Shown in pieces: positions 37,300 to 38,263 of a DNA stretch of 38,263 nucleotides. The DNA is from Nemertoderma westbladi (Eukaryota; Animalia; Xenacoelomorpha): positions 1 to 38,263 of the forward strand of contig JAUCBJ010005127.1 in assembly GCA_032718475.1 (NCBI GenBank). The letters are read 5' to 3'. Made by a program: the position numbers and the translations under genes. The notes under the pieces were generated by a model, which saw only the letters and a program-made list of their open reading frames with translations, had not been told where the DNA came from and made no database searches. How positions within the stretch are numbered: the first letter of the stretch is position 1; each line of letters begins with the position of its first letter.

Positions 37300-37666
37300 T
37301 GGTTTTCGGGGTCGCTGATTTCATTTCCGAACGCAGTTTTAATATTTCATGGAAACTAGTCTGTCCGTCGGTCGGTTGTCTGTCTGTCTGTCTTACAATT
37401 AGCCGAAAATTGTAACTTTCAAATTTTATGAATATTGTTCACTACTTGTAATTTTAGTGCTGCATAATAACCACCCCAGTTTCAAAATTTTTTTTGGTCG
37501 GATCCGGACTAGTGAAATCTACGTACAAACAAAAAAATCAGACGTTTTTGTTAATATTTGTAGATTTTAGAGCGGGGGGGGGGGGGGGGGGGGGTCAATA
37601 TGACCCCCCCCCCCCCCCCCCCCGGTATTTGTACAACATTTTATAGCCCGGTACTAATAGGGTTAA
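37300..37666. mobile_element. One end of a piggyBac-like non-autonomous element
   Basis: Terminates in ...TAATAGGG-TTAA (TTAA at 37663-37666, CCCT-type terminus) with a subterminal G21-TCAATATGA-C20 palindrome. The other end was not found, so the left boundary is approximate. Confidence 0.5.
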
Positions 37667-37852
37667 ACGTCGTTATCAATATATCGTTATAATGAAACAA
37701 TAAAAAACTTTTATCACTGTAGTAATGTTATAAAAATATAGTTCAAGTGGGAAATACATGATACATACTAATAGCAGAACAGAAATAATAAAAATAATAA
37801 CAAATAACAAATAACAAAAATTAATTTAACTAATATATATAATATTTCCAAG

Positions 37853-37993
37853 GTTGTGACATTCTTGAACGATCTCTACACGTGTTTTGATTCGATAATA
37901 GAAAACTTTCAAGTTTACAAAGTGGAAAACTATTGGTGATGCTTATATGGTGGTCAGTGGTTTACCTCAAAAAAAACGGAAAATTACATGCAG
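37853..37993 (+). CDS. Receptor guanylyl cyclase coding exon 4 (catalytic domain), with two apparent +1 A frameshifts
   Basis: Acceptor TTTCCAAG; reads [25 protein letters not shown]. After removing one A from 37926-37929 it continues [15 protein letters not shown], and after removing one A from 37969-37976 it continues NGKLHA, ending at donor G|GTTTGT. VETIGDAYM is the GTP-specific cyclase motif. Confidence 0.88.
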
Positions 37994-38263
37994 GTTTGTT
38001 AAGTGGAGCAAACGTAATGCTGCGTATTATTGATCACATCAAAAAATGAAGTATTTTTGTTTTTTTTTCATACTCCTGAACTGCTTGTCATTAATATAAT
38101 CCGATGCGAGACTTAATTAGAATTATATAGGATTATTAGAACATAATTTAACGAAATATAATTTGTTGTCAACAAATAAACAATAATGTTGGAATATCCA
38201 ATATTCGATAAACAATAATATTCGAATAATGTTCCTTGACTACTGTATTATAATGATATTTTT

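Overview
AT-rich, repeat-rich eukaryotic (invertebrate-like animal) genomic DNA, not prokaryotic. It holds one recognisable gene on the + strand, a single-pass receptor guanylyl cyclase (natriuretic-peptide-receptor family, Gyc76C/Gyc32E-like). Four coding exons are visible: 15365-17880, 28377-28547, 34490-34613 and 37853-37993; the gene continues past the window end. Signal peptide, whole extracellular domain, TM helix and almost the whole kinase-homology domain sit in one 2.5-kb exon, and exon 4 carries two +1 A homopolymer frameshifts. The rest is a transposon/repeat mosaic: a 51-bp minisatellite (~48 copies), a Penelope-like GIY-YIG remnant with a hammerhead motif in its 3' region, and a second hammerhead inside a 205-bp insert with 15-bp flanking duplications. 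There are also two copies of a tRNA-like fold-back element (one just upstream of the gene's ATG), hAT- and Mutator-type non-autonomous elements with clean TSDs, several LINE remnants, and local fold-back and duplication scars. I see no clearly new multi-gene system; the best leads are the gene architecture and the small structured mobile RNA-like elements.
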